DNA of 64,000 nt from an uncultured Candidatus Binatia bacterium (GTDB lineage: Bacteria; Desulfobacterota; Binatia; Bin18), in assembly GCA_965214605.1 (NCBI GenBank), contig OZ243961.1, positions 1,920,001 to 1,984,000 of the forward strand, in the 5' to 3' direction. Shown one piece after another: positions 50,859 through 62,045 of this stretch. The notes beneath the pieces were generated by a model. It ran no database searches and was not told where the DNA came from. It saw only the letters and a program-made list of their open reading frames with translations. Position numbers and translations under genes: made by a program. Position 1 is the stretch's first letter, and each line of letters starts with the position of its first letter.

Positions 50859-51628
50859 ACTCTCTGTGCGTACAGATGAAGTGAGGCAAGTGCATTTCGC
50901 CTGTGAATTAATACTTTATCAAATCCTCTCGTCCTTGGACGCTCTTCGAGGGCGTAAAGCGATTCTAGGTAATCGGAGCCGAAACCTGACAGCCGCCCCA
51001 AGCCCAAGGAAGGAAGACAATCAGGCAGGGGTACGAGTGCTAAAGAGGGCCCACATTAGACCAGAATCAGATCAGGATTGTGCTTCTTAATCGAAGGCAT
51101 CCAAGCATTACAGATTCTTACAATTGAGAGGACGTTTAGAACTCGACCAATTGGTAAAATGAATAGTGAGTTGAACGAGTCGGATAGGAGCACCATCAAG
51201 AAAGGCGTCCAAAAATACATGCAGACGGAGTGAGAAGAGAAACAGAGCAAGTCCCCTCCTTCTGAGGCAGGGATACTCAGGAGGACGAAGGAAGGGTCAG
51301 ACACTCGTACGGAGAACGGGCAGGGACTCTTTCCCGTGGTTTGGGACGCTAGCATCCGGGACCACCAAAACGAGAATTAGGGCTCGTCACGTTTGGGTAT
51401 AATTTCCCAATTCTCTGTCTGCAGGAAGCTCCACCCGCTTTTTACAGCCCGTGGGGGATTGCTCACGGGCTAGGGAATACACGAACCGCCCTTTTGCATT
51501 CCCTTCAAAAGGGATTAAGACCTGATTTCTTGCGGTCAAGTACAACTGCGTCCATCACCTCCCCCATTCGGGAGCGTCTCCCACTTAGAAAAACGCCACC
51601 CTATGAACTGAAACGAGAGACCCGGCCA

Positions 51629-52858
51629 TCATATCCGCTCGATAATCGACGCAATCCCCATTCCACCACCAATACACATAGTGACAAGCCCAGTGGTTTT
51701 ATCCTGACGCTCAAGTTCGTCGAGCATGGTTCCTATCAGCATACTCCCCGTTGCACCGAGCGGGTGACCAAGCGCGATCGCACCGCCGTTAACGTTGACC
51801 TTGTCCGGGTCAATGTCACAGTCTTTCATAACCTTCAGCGGCACCGAGGCAAACGCCTCATTGATCTCAACCAGATCAATGTCTTTGATTGTCATACCGG
51901 CTTTCTTGAGCGCCCGTTTGGTAGCCGGGACCGGTGCCGTCAGCATGATAATCGGCTCAGCACCGGCCGTTGCGGTGGCCACAATCCGGGCACGAGGTTT
52001 CATGCTATGGCTGCGCGCATAGGCTGGCGAGGCCAGCAACAGCGCCCCTGCTCCATCGACAATACCGGAAGAGTTTCCAGCGTGGTGGACGTGGTTGATG
52101 TGGTCAAGCTCAGTGTAGCGTGACAGAGCTTTTTGGTCGAAACTCAACGTATCGCCCTTTTGCACGTATTTGCCGAGTTCGGCGAATGAGGGCGGTAGTG
52201 TGGACAGCCCCTCCAGAGTCGTACTTGGGCGTGGATGCTCATCGTGTTCGAGCACGACCTTACCCGTGGCGTCACGAACTGGAATCAGGCTCTTGGTGAG
52301 ACGCCCCTCTTGGTGAGCTCGGGCGTAGCGCTGTTGGCTCGACAGCGCAAACCGGTCGCAGTCTTCACGGCTGAAGCCCTCAATGGTGGCGATCAAATCA
52401 CCCGAGATACCCTGCTGGACAAGCGGGTGGAGCCGACGCAGCTTTCGATTATGCCCGTCGATACCACCCCGGTCGGCGTTCATCGGCACGCGAGACATGG
52501 CTTCTACACCGCCGGCAACGACTAGATCTTGCTCCCCGGACTTAATACCCATGGCCGCAAAGTTGACCGCCTGTTGGCCCGATCCGCAGAAGCGGTTAAT
52601 CGTCACGCCGGTTGAATCGTTCGGCCATTCCGCAGCCAGCACCGACATACGGGCGATACACATAGCTTGTTCGCCGTAAGCGGTGACACACCCGACTAGC
52701 ACGTCTTCGACATCCAGCGGGTTGACCTGATTGCGGTCCTTGATGGCGTTCAGCGTCTGAGCCATCAGTTCCTGGGGGTGAATGGTGGCCAGTGCGCCGT
52801 CTTTTTTGCCCCGTCCACGAGGAGTTCGAACTGCGTCAATAATCCATGCTTCGCCCAT
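51629..52858 (-). CDS. Acetyl-CoA acetyltransferase (thiolase)
   Basis: [44 protein letters not shown]. Confidence 0.95.
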   Translation of the reverse strand: MGEAWIIDAVRTPRGRGKKDGALATIHPQELMAQTLNAIKDRNQVNPLDVEDVLVGCVTAYGEQAMCIARMSVLAAEWPNDSTGVTINRFCGSGQQAVNFAAMGIKSGEQDLVVAGGVEAMSRVPMNADRGGIDGHNRKLRRLHPLVQQGISGDLIATIEGFSREDCDRFALSSQQRYARAHQEGRLTKSLIPVRDATGKVVLEHDEHPRPSTTLEGLSTLPPSFAELGKYVQKGDTLSFDQKALSRYTELDHINHVHHAGNSSGIVDGAGALLLASPAYARSHSMKPRARIVATATAGAEPIIMLTAPVPATKRALKKAGMTIKDIDLVEINEAFASVPLKVMKDCDIDPDKVNVNGGAIALGHPLGATGSMLIGTMLDELERQDKTTGLVTMCIGGGMGIASIIERI

Positions 52859-52970
52859 GGTTTCCTCCATATATGTCCTGGTGGGAATTTCAGCCAAGCC
52901 GCAAGGTCAGAAGCGGGGATGGCGAGTCATGAAACGATACTCCTGACACGCCACCGCCGTCGTCGTCTGC

Positions 52971-53624
52971 TCAGTGCGGTGTCAGCGCCATCGCCATCAT
53001 GACCGAACGTTCAATTTCGACGATCACGCCGGCGACTTCGCGGCCGATTAGATCCATCTTGCGGATCTGCTGAACACGGGGAGCGGCTCGGTCGATCTCC
53101 CGGGCAGAGAATATGTCAGGGAGGAAGTCGCAGGCATCGACCAGACAGATCATGGCCACATCCCTCGGATCGGGGGTATCGTCGGACAGCAACACGTCTG
53201 CAATCCGCAATCTGACCTCACGTTCGACACGTCCGTCAATCGTCGGATAGCGCCGGGAACGGAAGACCCAGAGAAACTTCTCGTCCTGAGACTCTAGAAT
53301 GCCGCGCTCAATCAAACTGGCCAAGGCCTGCCGCCGGATCTCGGTCGCCCCCAGCCCGGCCAGCGTCTCTATCCAGCCCTTGGTATCCTTTGTTTCGGCG
53401 GAATTCGCGATACGCGTCAGGACTCGGTCGAGCATTGGGTTGCCGGTCGGTGTCGGGTCGAGAATCACGAGTTGTTTGGGATCGGTGTCAATTCGGTTGG
53501 CGAACGCCAGATCCATCAGGACTGCGCCAGCAAGGACATGCTCCACGGAGCTGCCACGAATCGGCAGGAAAACCCCGTCGTCGTCCAGCATCAACAGCAA
53601 TATCTCTTCGGCGAATGTCAGCAT
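52971..53624 (-). CDS. GPP34/GOLPH3 (Vps74)-family protein
   Basis: LTFAEEILLLMLDD, LAGAVLMDLAFANRI, LIERGIL..KFLWVF..RRYP. Confidence 0.82.
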   Translation of the reverse strand: MLTFAEEILLLMLDDDGVFLPIRGSSVEHVLAGAVLMDLAFANRIDTDPKQLVILDPTPTGNPMLDRVLTRIANSAETKDTKGWIETLAGLGATEIRRQALASLIERGILESQDEKFLWVFRSRRYPTIDGRVEREVRLRIADVLLSDDTPDPRDVAMICLVDACDFLPDIFSAREIDRAAPRVQQIRKMDLIGREVAGVIVEIERSVMMAMALTPH

Positions 53625-53633
53625 GACACGTCT

Positions 53634-53969
53634 TCAGGACTGTGCCGCCAAGGCAGCTTCGCGTGTTTCGTAGTACTCGAGCATCGTCAGAAAACCGCTG
53701 ATCTCCATGACCGATTTGCAAGACGACTGGAGCGCGCAGAGCGCCAGCTTGCCGCCGCTCTGTTGGCATTTCTTGGCTCCAACGAGCACGGCGCGGAGGC
53801 CGGCACTGCTGATGTAATTCATCTTGCCGCAATCAAGCAGCACGCGGGTATCGCCGCGGGCGACGATCTCCGAAATGCGCTTCTCCAAGTCCGGCGCACT
53901 AAAGCCGTCGACACGCCCGTTCGGCGCGACGACGACCAGCGAATCTTTGGTTGTCTCTTCGATTTCCAT
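53634..53969 (-). CDS. STAS-domain anti-sigma factor antagonist
   Basis: GRVDGFSAPDL, LLDC..MNYISSAGLRAVL, VMEISGF. Confidence 0.9.
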   Translation of the reverse strand: MEIEETTKDSLVVVAPNGRVDGFSAPDLEKRISEIVARGDTRVLLDCGKMNYISSAGLRAVLVGAKKCQQSGGKLALCALQSSCKSVMEISGFLTMLEYYETREAALAAQS

Positions 53970-54201
53970 CGGGCAGCCTTTCACTTCAATCTCAACTTGG
54001 ACAGCCGCATTGAATCGTCGGTTCCGAGCGGATCTCACTCGCTCTCAGGACGCAGGAATAGCATGAGAGCTTATATACGGCAACCCATCAGCGGCAGCTG
54101 GGCAAGCGTCATCTTGGCGAGACGAGCAATTGCTGGCAGAATAGAGACGAGGGACAGAAAGTCTGGGGAGGGCCTTCGCACTCCAGAAATCAAGCGAGGA
54201 G

Positions 54202-55428
54202 ATGAGTATGCACAATGGGATTCTCTCAGGACTGCGGGTTATCGACTGCGGAACCTATGTCGCTGGACCGGCCTCGACAACCATTATGTCAGATTTTGGG
54301 GCCGAGGTGTTCAAGATTGAGCGGCCCCAAGGCGGAGACTTGTATCGCTCTATGGGGAACCTGCCGGGGTTTGCCAAGGCGGAGCTCAACTGGCCCTGGA
54401 TTCTGACCAGTCGGAACAAGAAGAGCGTTACCCTTGACCTTGATTCAGTCGAGGGCCGAGAAATCCTCATCCGTCTGGTCAAAACCTCGGACGTGTTTGT
54501 CACCAACTATCAACACCCGCTGCTGGCCAAATTCCGGCTGACCTGGGATGACCTGCGGCCCGAGAACGAGCGTCTCATCTACGCTCATCTAACCGGCTAC
54601 GGCGATACGGGTGAGGACGCCAACGCACCGACGTTTGATGCGCTAGCGTATTGGGCACGCTCGGGCCTGATGATGAGCGTGGTCGGCATGGACGGGACGC
54701 CCGGCGGCCCACGGCCAGGGATGGGCGATCACCCGACCTCAGTGTCTCTGTTCAGCGCTATCATGCTCGGCTTGTACCACCGCGAGCGTACCGGACGGGG
54801 TGTCAAGGTCGGGACCTCGTTGCTGGCCAGCGGTGCCTGGGCCAACGCCTGCGACCTGCAGGCCAAATTCTGTAACGCCACCTTTCCGGAACGCCGCAGC
54901 GATGGCACACCCCCCAACCCACTGGCGGCCGGCTATCGGAGTCGCGACGGCAAAGCCTTTCTGGTTGTCTTACTTGATCCGGATAAGGAGTTTCCCAATC
55001 TGTGCGCGGCACTCGACCAAGCAGAGCTGGCGACCAACCCACTGTTCACCACCAATGAAGCCAGAACCGAAAATGCCGCAGCCCTGTTCGCTATTCTGCA
55101 GTCGCAGTTTGAATCGCGCGATCTAGCCGAGTGGCGAGAGCTGTTCAAGCGAGCTGACATTAAATGGGCTCCCCTGCCCCAGCGCGACGAAGTCGTCGAA
55201 GATCCGCAGATGTGGGCGGCGGGGGCGTTTATCGACCTGGAGTATCCTGGCTACGGTCAACTGACAACCATCAACAGCCCTATTTTTACCAGCGCTGGCG
55301 ACAAACGCACGCCAACGGCCGCCCCACCGCTCGGCGCGCATACGCGTGCGGTGTTAGAAGATCTGGGCTATAGCGAGGAGGAAATTACCGCCCTTGTCCG
55401 GAAGGGAACGGCGGGGACAGCCAAATGA
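54202..55428 (+). CDS. Family III CoA transferase
   Basis: LSGLRVID..VAGP..DFGAEVFKIE, RNKKSVTLDL, GMGDH. Confidence 0.92.
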   Translation: MSMHNGILSGLRVIDCGTYVAGPASTTIMSDFGAEVFKIERPQGGDLYRSMGNLPGFAKAELNWPWILTSRNKKSVTLDLDSVEGREILIRLVKTSDVFVTNYQHPLLAKFRLTWDDLRPENERLIYAHLTGYGDTGEDANAPTFDALAYWARSGLMMSVVGMDGTPGGPRPGMGDHPTSVSLFSAIMLGLYHRERTGRGVKVGTSLLASGAWANACDLQAKFCNATFPERRSDGTPPNPLAAGYRSRDGKAFLVVLLDPDKEFPNLCAALDQAELATNPLFTTNEARTENAAALFAILQSQFESRDLAEWRELFKRADIKWAPLPQRDEVVEDPQMWAAGAFIDLEYPGYGQLTTINSPIFTSAGDKRTPTAAPPLGAHTRAVLEDLGYSEEEITALVRKGTAGTAK

Positions 55429-55430
55429 TT

Positions 55431-56075
55431 TTAGGGGGTGTGTTGCGATAGGATGGCTGGCAGGTCACGGATTGATTGCACAACGCGCGTAGCGCACGAA
55501 AAATCCTGGAATTGAGTGAACGCGCGTTCAATCACAATACACGCAAGGCCGGCGGCCACCGCCGAGCGTAGGCCGCGTTCAGAGTCCTCTATCGCAAGCG
55601 CTTCGTGGGGCTGAGCCGCGAAGCGCTCCAGCGCGGTCAGATAAGGATCGGGGGCTGGCTTGCTGCGCGCATAATCGCCGTTGGCGACAACGAAGTCCAT
55701 GTAGGACAGGATAGTCCGGTCTTGGTGAATGAGGGCAAAATCGGACTTCTTGGCCGTGGTTACAATCGCCATTGAAAAGGACTGCGACAGCTCGGCCAGG
55801 ACGCTCAACACCCCCGGAATTTCAATGTCCTCGGTCCGCAGACGTTCCTGGTAAGAGCGATCCCGGTTGCTTCGGTGAACAGCAATGACAGCCTCCGGGA
55901 CGCCCCGCTGTCTGGCCAGCTCCCACATTGTCTGACCTTGGGTCGTCCGCGCCAGATATTCATCTTCGTCAAAATATATTCCAATTTCAGCCAACGCGTG
56001 TTGGGTCGAGAGGAAGTACCAGTGTTCGGTATCGACCAACACGCCGTCATTATCCCACAGAATATATTTCAGCAT
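55431..56075 (-). CDS. HAD-family phosphatase (subfamily IA)
   Basis: WDNDGVLVDTE, SKPAPDPY, IEDSERGL. Confidence 0.92.
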   Translation of the reverse strand: MLKYILWDNDGVLVDTEHWYFLSTQHALAEIGIYFDEDEYLARTTQGQTMWELARQRGVPEAVIAVHRSNRDRSYQERLRTEDIEIPGVLSVLAELSQSFSMAIVTTAKKSDFALIHQDRTILSYMDFVVANGDYARSKPAPDPYLTALERFAAQPHEALAIEDSERGLRSAVAAGLACIVIERAFTQFQDFSCATRVVQSIRDLPAILSQHTP

Positions 56076-56123
56076 TGGGGTGTTCTCGGCTGAACGTCTT
56101 CGCCTAGAGCCACCGTCATCTCC

Positions 56124-56582
56124 TCAGTCTGTATCCGCCCAGCTCTTGTCGTAGTCGGTCGCCATCCGCAGCTGGGCTCGCAGGTGTTGGATCTTCCATT
56201 TGCCGTTAAGCTTGACGTAGTCGTCTTGGTAGCGGGCGGCCTGCCACTTGGCCTGGTTGTTTTGATAAAACGTAAATGGTCCAAAAAAGTACCACGTTGC
56301 GCTCGCCCGGTTGCCGTCGATTTTAATGACCGGGTTGAGCACCTGGTGCTGGGAGAAGCTGATCAGGGTCTGGAATTTTTTGAACAGCTCACGGATAGCT
56401 GTATGCCCCTGAGCGTGTCCAAAGTCACCGCCCTCCCAGATGCCATCCGGAGCAAAAATCGTGGTGATGCGATCCGGGTTATGGTCGTCGTCACAGATGT
56501 CACAGTATTCGGCCTTGAGTTGCTTGATGGCCTCGATGTCTTCCATGCGGGTCAGCCGTTTTTCGAGTTCGGTCATGTCCAT
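56124..56582 (-). CDS. SnoaL/NTF2-like protein (LinA/BaiE-like)
   Basis: EDIEAIKQLKAEYC..D, F.PDGIW, H.V.NPVI, YQDDYVK.NGKWKI. Confidence 0.88.
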   Translation of the reverse strand: MDMTELEKRLTRMEDIEAIKQLKAEYCDICDDDHNPDRITTIFAPDGIWEGGDFGHAQGHTAIRELFKKFQTLISFSQHQVLNPVIKIDGNRASATWYFFGPFTFYQNNQAKWQAARYQDDYVKLNGKWKIQHLRAQLRMATDYDKSWADTD

Positions 56583-56596
56583 TGGGGGGGCTCCTT

Positions 56597-57703
56597 TCAG
56601 CTCATCTCAATGCCATATAGGCACTTCGCGTTGTTAAACACAATGTCACGCGTTACATCGGCCGGAATATCGGCAAAATGCTCCTCAATGATCTTGAGCG
56701 AATGGGGAAACGTCGAGTCGGCGTGCGGAAAATCTGAAGCCCACATATAGTTATGTTGACCAAAGAACTGCCACGCCGCCGGGCCGATGGGATCGTCCTG
56801 AAAGGTGGCCCACACGTTGCGCCGTACATATTCACTCGGTTTGAGCAGCAAGCGTTTGGTGTTGGGGATCTTGGCATGCACGTGGTCGAGCCGATGGATC
56901 CAGTTCGGCATCCAACCCACATCATTCTCGGCCGAGACCACTTTTAGATTGGGAAAGCGATCAAACACACCGCCGTACACCATCCGCGTGAGACACTGCT
57001 CAACAACGTGGATGACATGAATCTGGAGGTCGGCCGGAGTCGGCATGGCCGCCGTGCGTGGCATACCAGATACTAAGGGTTTGTGCAGCGAGATGGGAAG
57101 CCTGATCTCGGAGCAGACCTGCCATAGCGAATCAAAGCGCTCGTCGCTATAGGGGAACTCAACCGTGTCAGAGGCCAGAATCAGGACGCCTTTGATACCT
57201 AACTTTGCGCAGCGTTCAATCTCTGACACATCGGGCAGCGCGCTGAGCGGATACAGACCGATGCCGATCAAGCGCTGCGGGTTGTGGGAGCAGAACTCGG
57301 CGATCCAGTCGTTGTAGACGCGTACGCATGCCTGTTGCAGTTCTCCATCCGGCATATTGAGCAGGACGATCCCTAGGCTGGAATATAAGACCTCGGCCAC
57401 CACGCCGTCCAAGTCTTGATCCTTCAGACGTGCGGCCGGGTCCCATCCGCTGGGTCGGGCGGCTTCGTAGCCAGACTGCATGTGGACGCGTAGATCATCA
57501 CCGCTGCGTCCTGCAGCAAATACACCAGCCACCGTCAGCGGATGAATGCCAGGCCCGACAAACAGATAGGGGGCGGCCTTGGACTGTTCGCTTTTGATGA
57601 CCCGTGGGGCGTCATCACGATATTTGCGGTCGAGCCGTTTGAGCCACAGGTCGCCCGGCTCAACCATATGGGAATCGGCTGAAATTACGCGCTGTATCGA
57701 CAT
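56597..57703 (-). CDS. Amidohydrolase family 2
   Basis: ISADSH, VYNDWIAEFC, FDRFPNLK, WASDFPH. Confidence 0.92.
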   Translation of the reverse strand: MSIQRVISADSHMVEPGDLWLKRLDRKYRDDAPRVIKSEQSKAAPYLFVGPGIHPLTVAGVFAAGRSGDDLRVHMQSGYEAARPSGWDPAARLKDQDLDGVVAEVLYSSLGIVLLNMPDGELQQACVRVYNDWIAEFCSHNPQRLIGIGLYPLSALPDVSEIERCAKLGIKGVLILASDTVEFPYSDERFDSLWQVCSEIRLPISLHKPLVSGMPRTAAMPTPADLQIHVIHVVEQCLTRMVYGGVFDRFPNLKVVSAENDVGWMPNWIHRLDHVHAKIPNTKRLLLKPSEYVRRNVWATFQDDPIGPAAWQFFGQHNYMWASDFPHADSTFPHSLKIIEEHFADIPADVTRDIVFNNAKCLYGIEMS

Positions 57704-57723
57704 GATTCGGGTCTCCCCTCAGC

Positions 57724-59409
57724 CTACTGTCCGCCTCGGATCACTTGGCCAGGAAGGACGCCGGTTTGCCGCTGTCCTTCGTACAAGACTTGGCCATTGA
57801 CAATGGTGTACTGGATGCCCTCTGCCTGGGTGACCAAGCGACGCCCACCGCCCGGCAAATCATGTCGGATTTCCGGACGCTCGGGCGAGTTGATGGTGTT
57901 TAGATCAAAGACGGTGATGTCTGCGGCCAGCCCGACTCGCAGCGCGCCACGGTCGTTGATGCCGAAGAACTGGGCTGGTTCTGAGGTGATGCGCCGGACC
58001 GCGTGTTCTACGCTCAGGGCCTGCTTGTCGCGCACAAAAGTCCCGAGCAGATAGCTGGGGTAGCCGGCGTTACACAGCATATCAACGTGGGCCCCGCCGT
58101 CAGAGATGCCGATCAGGGTGCGTGGATCGCTGAATTTTTTTGCGACCCGTTCCTCGTTGATGTCGAGCAGCGGCAGCATGTAGTCGAGCCCCAGATCATC
58201 CTCAAGCGCGAGATCAAAGAAGGCGTCCAAGGGCGCGACACCGCGCTGCCGGGCAATATCAGCGATCGTCTGCCACTCAACCGCCCTGAGCGCCGGGTTG
58301 GTGACTTCCTTAACCTTGGTCCGTTGCCAGATGTCACGAAAAACGGTGCTGCGCTCCAGATCGGCCTCAAACGCACGACGGAACTCAACGTCAGCATAGG
58401 TGCGTTTCTGCTCTTCGAGCGTGGCTTCCCCAAACACCGGCTTTGTCGAACGCATGCTGGCAAACAGAAACGGGTTGCGCAGATTAAACTCAAGCACCAG
58501 CGGTCGCACCGCCACCTGCGGCCGACTGCCCCGTTCGAGGAGTGGGGTAACGCGTGCCAAGGTGTTGGTCCACGCCTCGGGGTCATCGTCTCTGTCACGC
58601 AGATTGAGCCAGGTCACTGGCCGCCCGCTCTCTGAGACCAGCAGCTCTAGCAGGGCGTATTCTTTGTCAGATACCGCGCTCGGCTTTTTGGTCAGGGCCA
58701 CCTCAATCGTGCCTTGGCCGCGCGCCCGCAGCAAACTGGCGTAGGCGCGCAGTTCGTCGTGACTAGCCAGCCGACAGGCCAAGGGCTGGGCTTTGTAACC
58801 GAGATGCTGGGGGAGAACAGTCAGGGAAAGTCCTAAGGCACCGGCCTCAAGCGCTTCGTTTAACAGGCCGCGGATCTGGGTGGTTTCCAGCGCCGTTGCC
58901 TCACGTTCCATGGCCTCATTGCCCATTACAAACTGTCGAAAGGGTGACAGGGCTGCCAGAAAGCCGACGTTGATGCCCACCCCACGCTTGGCCGCTGCGT
59001 CCATATACTCGGGAAAGCTTTCCCAGTCCCACGGCAGGCCCTTGTTAAGGACCTCATACGGAATGGCCTCAACGTGGACTAGGTTAGCGGTAGCAATATC
59101 ACGCTCGGTAGGCTTGCACGGCGCCAATCCAACACCGCAATTGCCCATGATCACGGTTGTCACCCCATGCCACGATGAACAGGTGACTAGCGGGTCCCAG
59201 CAGATTTGGGCGTCATAGTGGGTATGCGGATCAATAAAGCCAGGTGCGACAATCAGATCAGACGCGTCAATCACCCGAGCGGCGCTGCCCGTGAGCGCAC
59301 CAAGCCCGACAATATATCCCCCACTCACTGCGAGATCGGCCCGAAAGCCGGGCGTGCCACTACCGTCAACAATTGTTCCATTTTTAATCAGTAGCTCATA
59401 CTCGGCCAT
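57724..59409 (-). CDS. N-acyl-D-amino-acid deacylase-like amidohydrolase
   Basis: GTIVDGSG, PGFIDPHTHYD, GNCGVGLAP, SDGGAH; GGAGG RBS before ATG 59409. Confidence 0.92.
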   Translation of the reverse strand: MAEYELLIKNGTIVDGSGTPGFRADLAVSGGYIVGLGALTGSAARVIDASDLIVAPGFIDPHTHYDAQICWDPLVTCSSWHGVTTVIMGNCGVGLAPCKPTERDIATANLVHVEAIPYEVLNKGLPWDWESFPEYMDAAAKRGVGINVGFLAALSPFRQFVMGNEAMEREATALETTQIRGLLNEALEAGALGLSLTVLPQHLGYKAQPLACRLASHDELRAYASLLRARGQGTIEVALTKKPSAVSDKEYALLELLVSESGRPVTWLNLRDRDDDPEAWTNTLARVTPLLERGSRPQVAVRPLVLEFNLRNPFLFASMRSTKPVFGEATLEEQKRTYADVEFRRAFEADLERSTVFRDIWQRTKVKEVTNPALRAVEWQTIADIARQRGVAPLDAFFDLALEDDLGLDYMLPLLDINEERVAKKFSDPRTLIGISDGGAHVDMLCNAGYPSYLLGTFVRDKQALSVEHAVRRITSEPAQFFGINDRGALRVGLAADITVFDLNTINSPERPEIRHDLPGGGRRLVTQAEGIQYTIVNGQVLYEGQRQTGVLPGQVIRGGQ

Positions 59410-59577
59410 AAGCTGCCCCTCCTTAACTTCAAGCGCCACATGCACAATACAGATGGCGGAAATGCGTCCTCTCTCCCTTCTAGGAGATCAGCCCCCGGCC
59501 GTCAACAATTCGGACCTTAATGTCTTGCTTCGTAGGAAACTCCTAGGTTAGGGTTGAGGCGTTTGCCGAGGAGGTCC

Positions 59578-60915
59578 ATGTCTACGCTCAGTCCTGCGCG
59601 AGTAGAAACGCCGACCCGGACCCGTTGGATGATCATCGGCCTGGTCTACTGCACCTACGTGCTGATGTTCATCGACCGGGTGAACATCTCAATTGCGGCC
59701 AAGTACATCATGCCCGAGTACGGCCTCAGCGAAGTACAGATCGGCTGGATTTTCAGCGCTTTTGTGTTTGGGTATGCGGTATTTCAGATCCCCGGTGGCT
59801 GGCTAGGCGACCGCTTTGGATCCAGGGGAGTGATGGCCGGGGCAATCCTGTGGTGGTCGTTTTTCACAGCTGTGACCGCGCTTGCCGGAGAGCTGTTTGT
59901 GGCCTCGCTTATCGGTGTTGTGGGCACGTTTCTGATCGTCCGGGTGTTGATCGGTATTGGTGAGGCCGTCGCCCCTCCGAACGGCAATCGGGTAGTGGCC
60001 AATTGGGCCGCAGCCCAAGAACGTGGCCTAGCGGTCGGCATTACGGTTAGCGGCAGCTCGCTGGGCGGGGCGCTGACGCCACCGCTCATTGTCTGGGTTA
60101 TGGTCACTTGGGGCTGGCGGGCAGCCTTCTATATTGCCGGCGGCATAGGCATCTTCCTGGCCCTGATATGGTACTGGTTGGTCCGGGACCGGCCTGAGCA
60201 GCATCCGTGGGTGAACGCCGCAGAGCGGGAGTATATTGCCCAGGCACCAACAGCTGAGCAGGACGAGCACGGCGAGGCCGGACCGGCGCTCGGACCCATG
60301 CCATGGCGGGCGATTCTCAGCTCCCCGAGCCTGTGGATGCTCACCGCCGCCTACACGATACTTGGCTATATCGGCTACATCTATCTGTCCTGGTTCTACC
60401 TGTACCTGGTCAACGTGCTGCACTTCTCGGTTGAGAGCGGCGGGCTGTACGGAATGGCCCCGTTTATAGCCGGGGCGATAGGGGCACCGTTCGGCGGCTG
60501 GCTGACGGATCGCCTGAGTCAGCGTTTTGGAAAACGCGTTGGACGCTGTGGGACCGGATTCGTCAGCATGCTGCTGACCGCGGGATTTATCGCTATCGGG
60601 GCTGGTGTAGGAAATCCCTACCTAGCGGTGCTCTTCCTAGCTCTAGGCGCGGGGACCTTGTTTTTGGGGGTGGCGGCCTACTTTGCAACAACGATCGACC
60701 TGGCCAAAACCTATGCCGGTACGGTGGGTGGTTTCATGAACATGGGTGGCAATCTGGGCGGAACGCTCTCGCCAACCCTCACCCCGTTTCTGGCTCAGCA
60801 CTACGGCTGGGACAGCGCGCTGTATATGGCTGCTGGGCTGGCAGCCCTAGCGGCTCTCTTTTGGCTAGGAGTCCATCCCGAACAACCCATACGGCTGAAA
60901 GCCGAGATGAGCTAG
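59578..60915 (+). CDS. MFS transporter, anion:cation symporter (ACS) family
   Basis: FIDRVNISIA, QIPGGWLGDRFGSR, GIGEA, ERG; about 12 hydrophobic segments. Confidence 0.92.
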   Translation: MSTLSPARVETPTRTRWMIIGLVYCTYVLMFIDRVNISIAAKYIMPEYGLSEVQIGWIFSAFVFGYAVFQIPGGWLGDRFGSRGVMAGAILWWSFFTAVTALAGELFVASLIGVVGTFLIVRVLIGIGEAVAPPNGNRVVANWAAAQERGLAVGITVSGSSLGGALTPPLIVWVMVTWGWRAAFYIAGGIGIFLALIWYWLVRDRPEQHPWVNAAEREYIAQAPTAEQDEHGEAGPALGPMPWRAILSSPSLWMLTAAYTILGYIGYIYLSWFYLYLVNVLHFSVESGGLYGMAPFIAGAIGAPFGGWLTDRLSQRFGKRVGRCGTGFVSMLLTAGFIAIGAGVGNPYLAVLFLALGAGTLFLGVAAYFATTIDLAKTYAGTVGGFMNMGGNLGGTLSPTLTPFLAQHYGWDSALYMAAGLAALAALFWLGVHPEQPIRLKAEMS

Positions 60916-60999
60916 GGGGCGGACAAGGGCTTGGGCTGTCGGTGGCGTGAGCTTGCAGTCCGTGCCGGTGGCGTAGATCCAAGGGCGGATTAGGCCCCA

Positions 61000-61550
61000 G
61001 GCATCTCGTAGGCGCGCAGGAGAGCGCTCCGGTAAACTTCTGCCACTCATGCCACTTAATCGTAGACGGTCTCCATCACCTGGAGCTTGTCCGGATCACA
61101 CCCCGCGACGTCGGCCGGCATGCCTTCGCGCAGCTACCCATGGTCACGGATACCGAAGGCCCGGCCCAACATGGTTGAAGATGGTAGACCTCTCCCAAGT
61201 CTACAATTTGCCTGCCGCGAATCCACTGGATCAGGAAGTGGGTCGGACAGCCGCTCAGAGTCGGGAACAAGGTACGTGCGCCGTCGTCCGAGCCTCCCAT
61301 CAGGGTTGGGAGATGTTTGCCGACAGTGTCTTCATCACTGTTTAGCGAGTCCTACGTGGCAAATTTGGCATTCAGGTCTTCTTCAACCGCGAAATCGAGC
61401 ATGGCATCGACGGCCGGATGCTTGCTCTGATCCTGAGCGATCCAGCCGATAGTCTTGCCTCGTGGCGACCGGTTTTTTCCCAGTCCATCGTTTTCCACAT
61501 CCTTACGCAAAGCAAGCCGCCGGACCGGGTCGGCCAACGGCGGTTTCATT
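61000..61550 (-). pseudogene. 3' remnant of a D-aminoacylase-like amidohydrolase
   Basis: GKTIGWIAQDQSKHPAVDAMLDFAVEEDL, GGSDDGAR, AFGIRDHG*LREGMPADV align by eye with the C-terminus of the 48033 paralog. Confidence 0.65.
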
Positions 61551-61624
61551 CCGGGCCGGTATCTCTCATCAATTGTCCAGAGAGTCCGACAGGCTCACGC
61601 TTGAGTACGCCTAGCCACGAAAAT

Positions 61625-61952
61625 AGTAGGAAAACCAACCAGCGCTGGGGGAAGCTGCCGCTCAGTCGCGTGTGGCACGAGGATGTACGCGACCTCCACT
61701 ACGCAATGCGGGCGATGGCGAACCGGACGCTGGACCTTCTGTCGCGGATGTTCAACATGGCCGAGTCCTGGGGATTGATGCCGGAGGGAAGCAATCCGGG
61801 CCAGCGAGGTGAAGTACTGGGAGCAGCCGCGCGAGCGGTTCCTCATCGTGATTGAGTTCCGCCGGCTCGGACGCGCCCTCGCTGAGGCGGAGGCGAACGG
61901 CGCCGTCCCGGTGCCTGCCGCGGCGGCAATCCGGCTCCTCATGCTGACCGGA
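61625..61952 (+). pseudogene. Tyrosine recombinase/integrase fragment
   Basis: ANRTLDLLSRMFNMAESWGL.P.GSNP, then EQPRERFL..EFRRLGRAL..AAAAIRLLMLTG (truncated just before the catalytic R). Confidence 0.75.
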
Positions 61953-62045
61953 TACCCGAACACCCTTACGGACAGAAGTCGCTTTTCGGCTTCGACGACA
62001 GGGGCAGCGTCCAGGCCAGACGTGCGACCTGTTGGAGACGAGATC

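Noticed and set aside
50860-51620. AT-richer gap with short ORFs, possibly a toxin remnant
   Set aside because: Similarity too weak to support a call.
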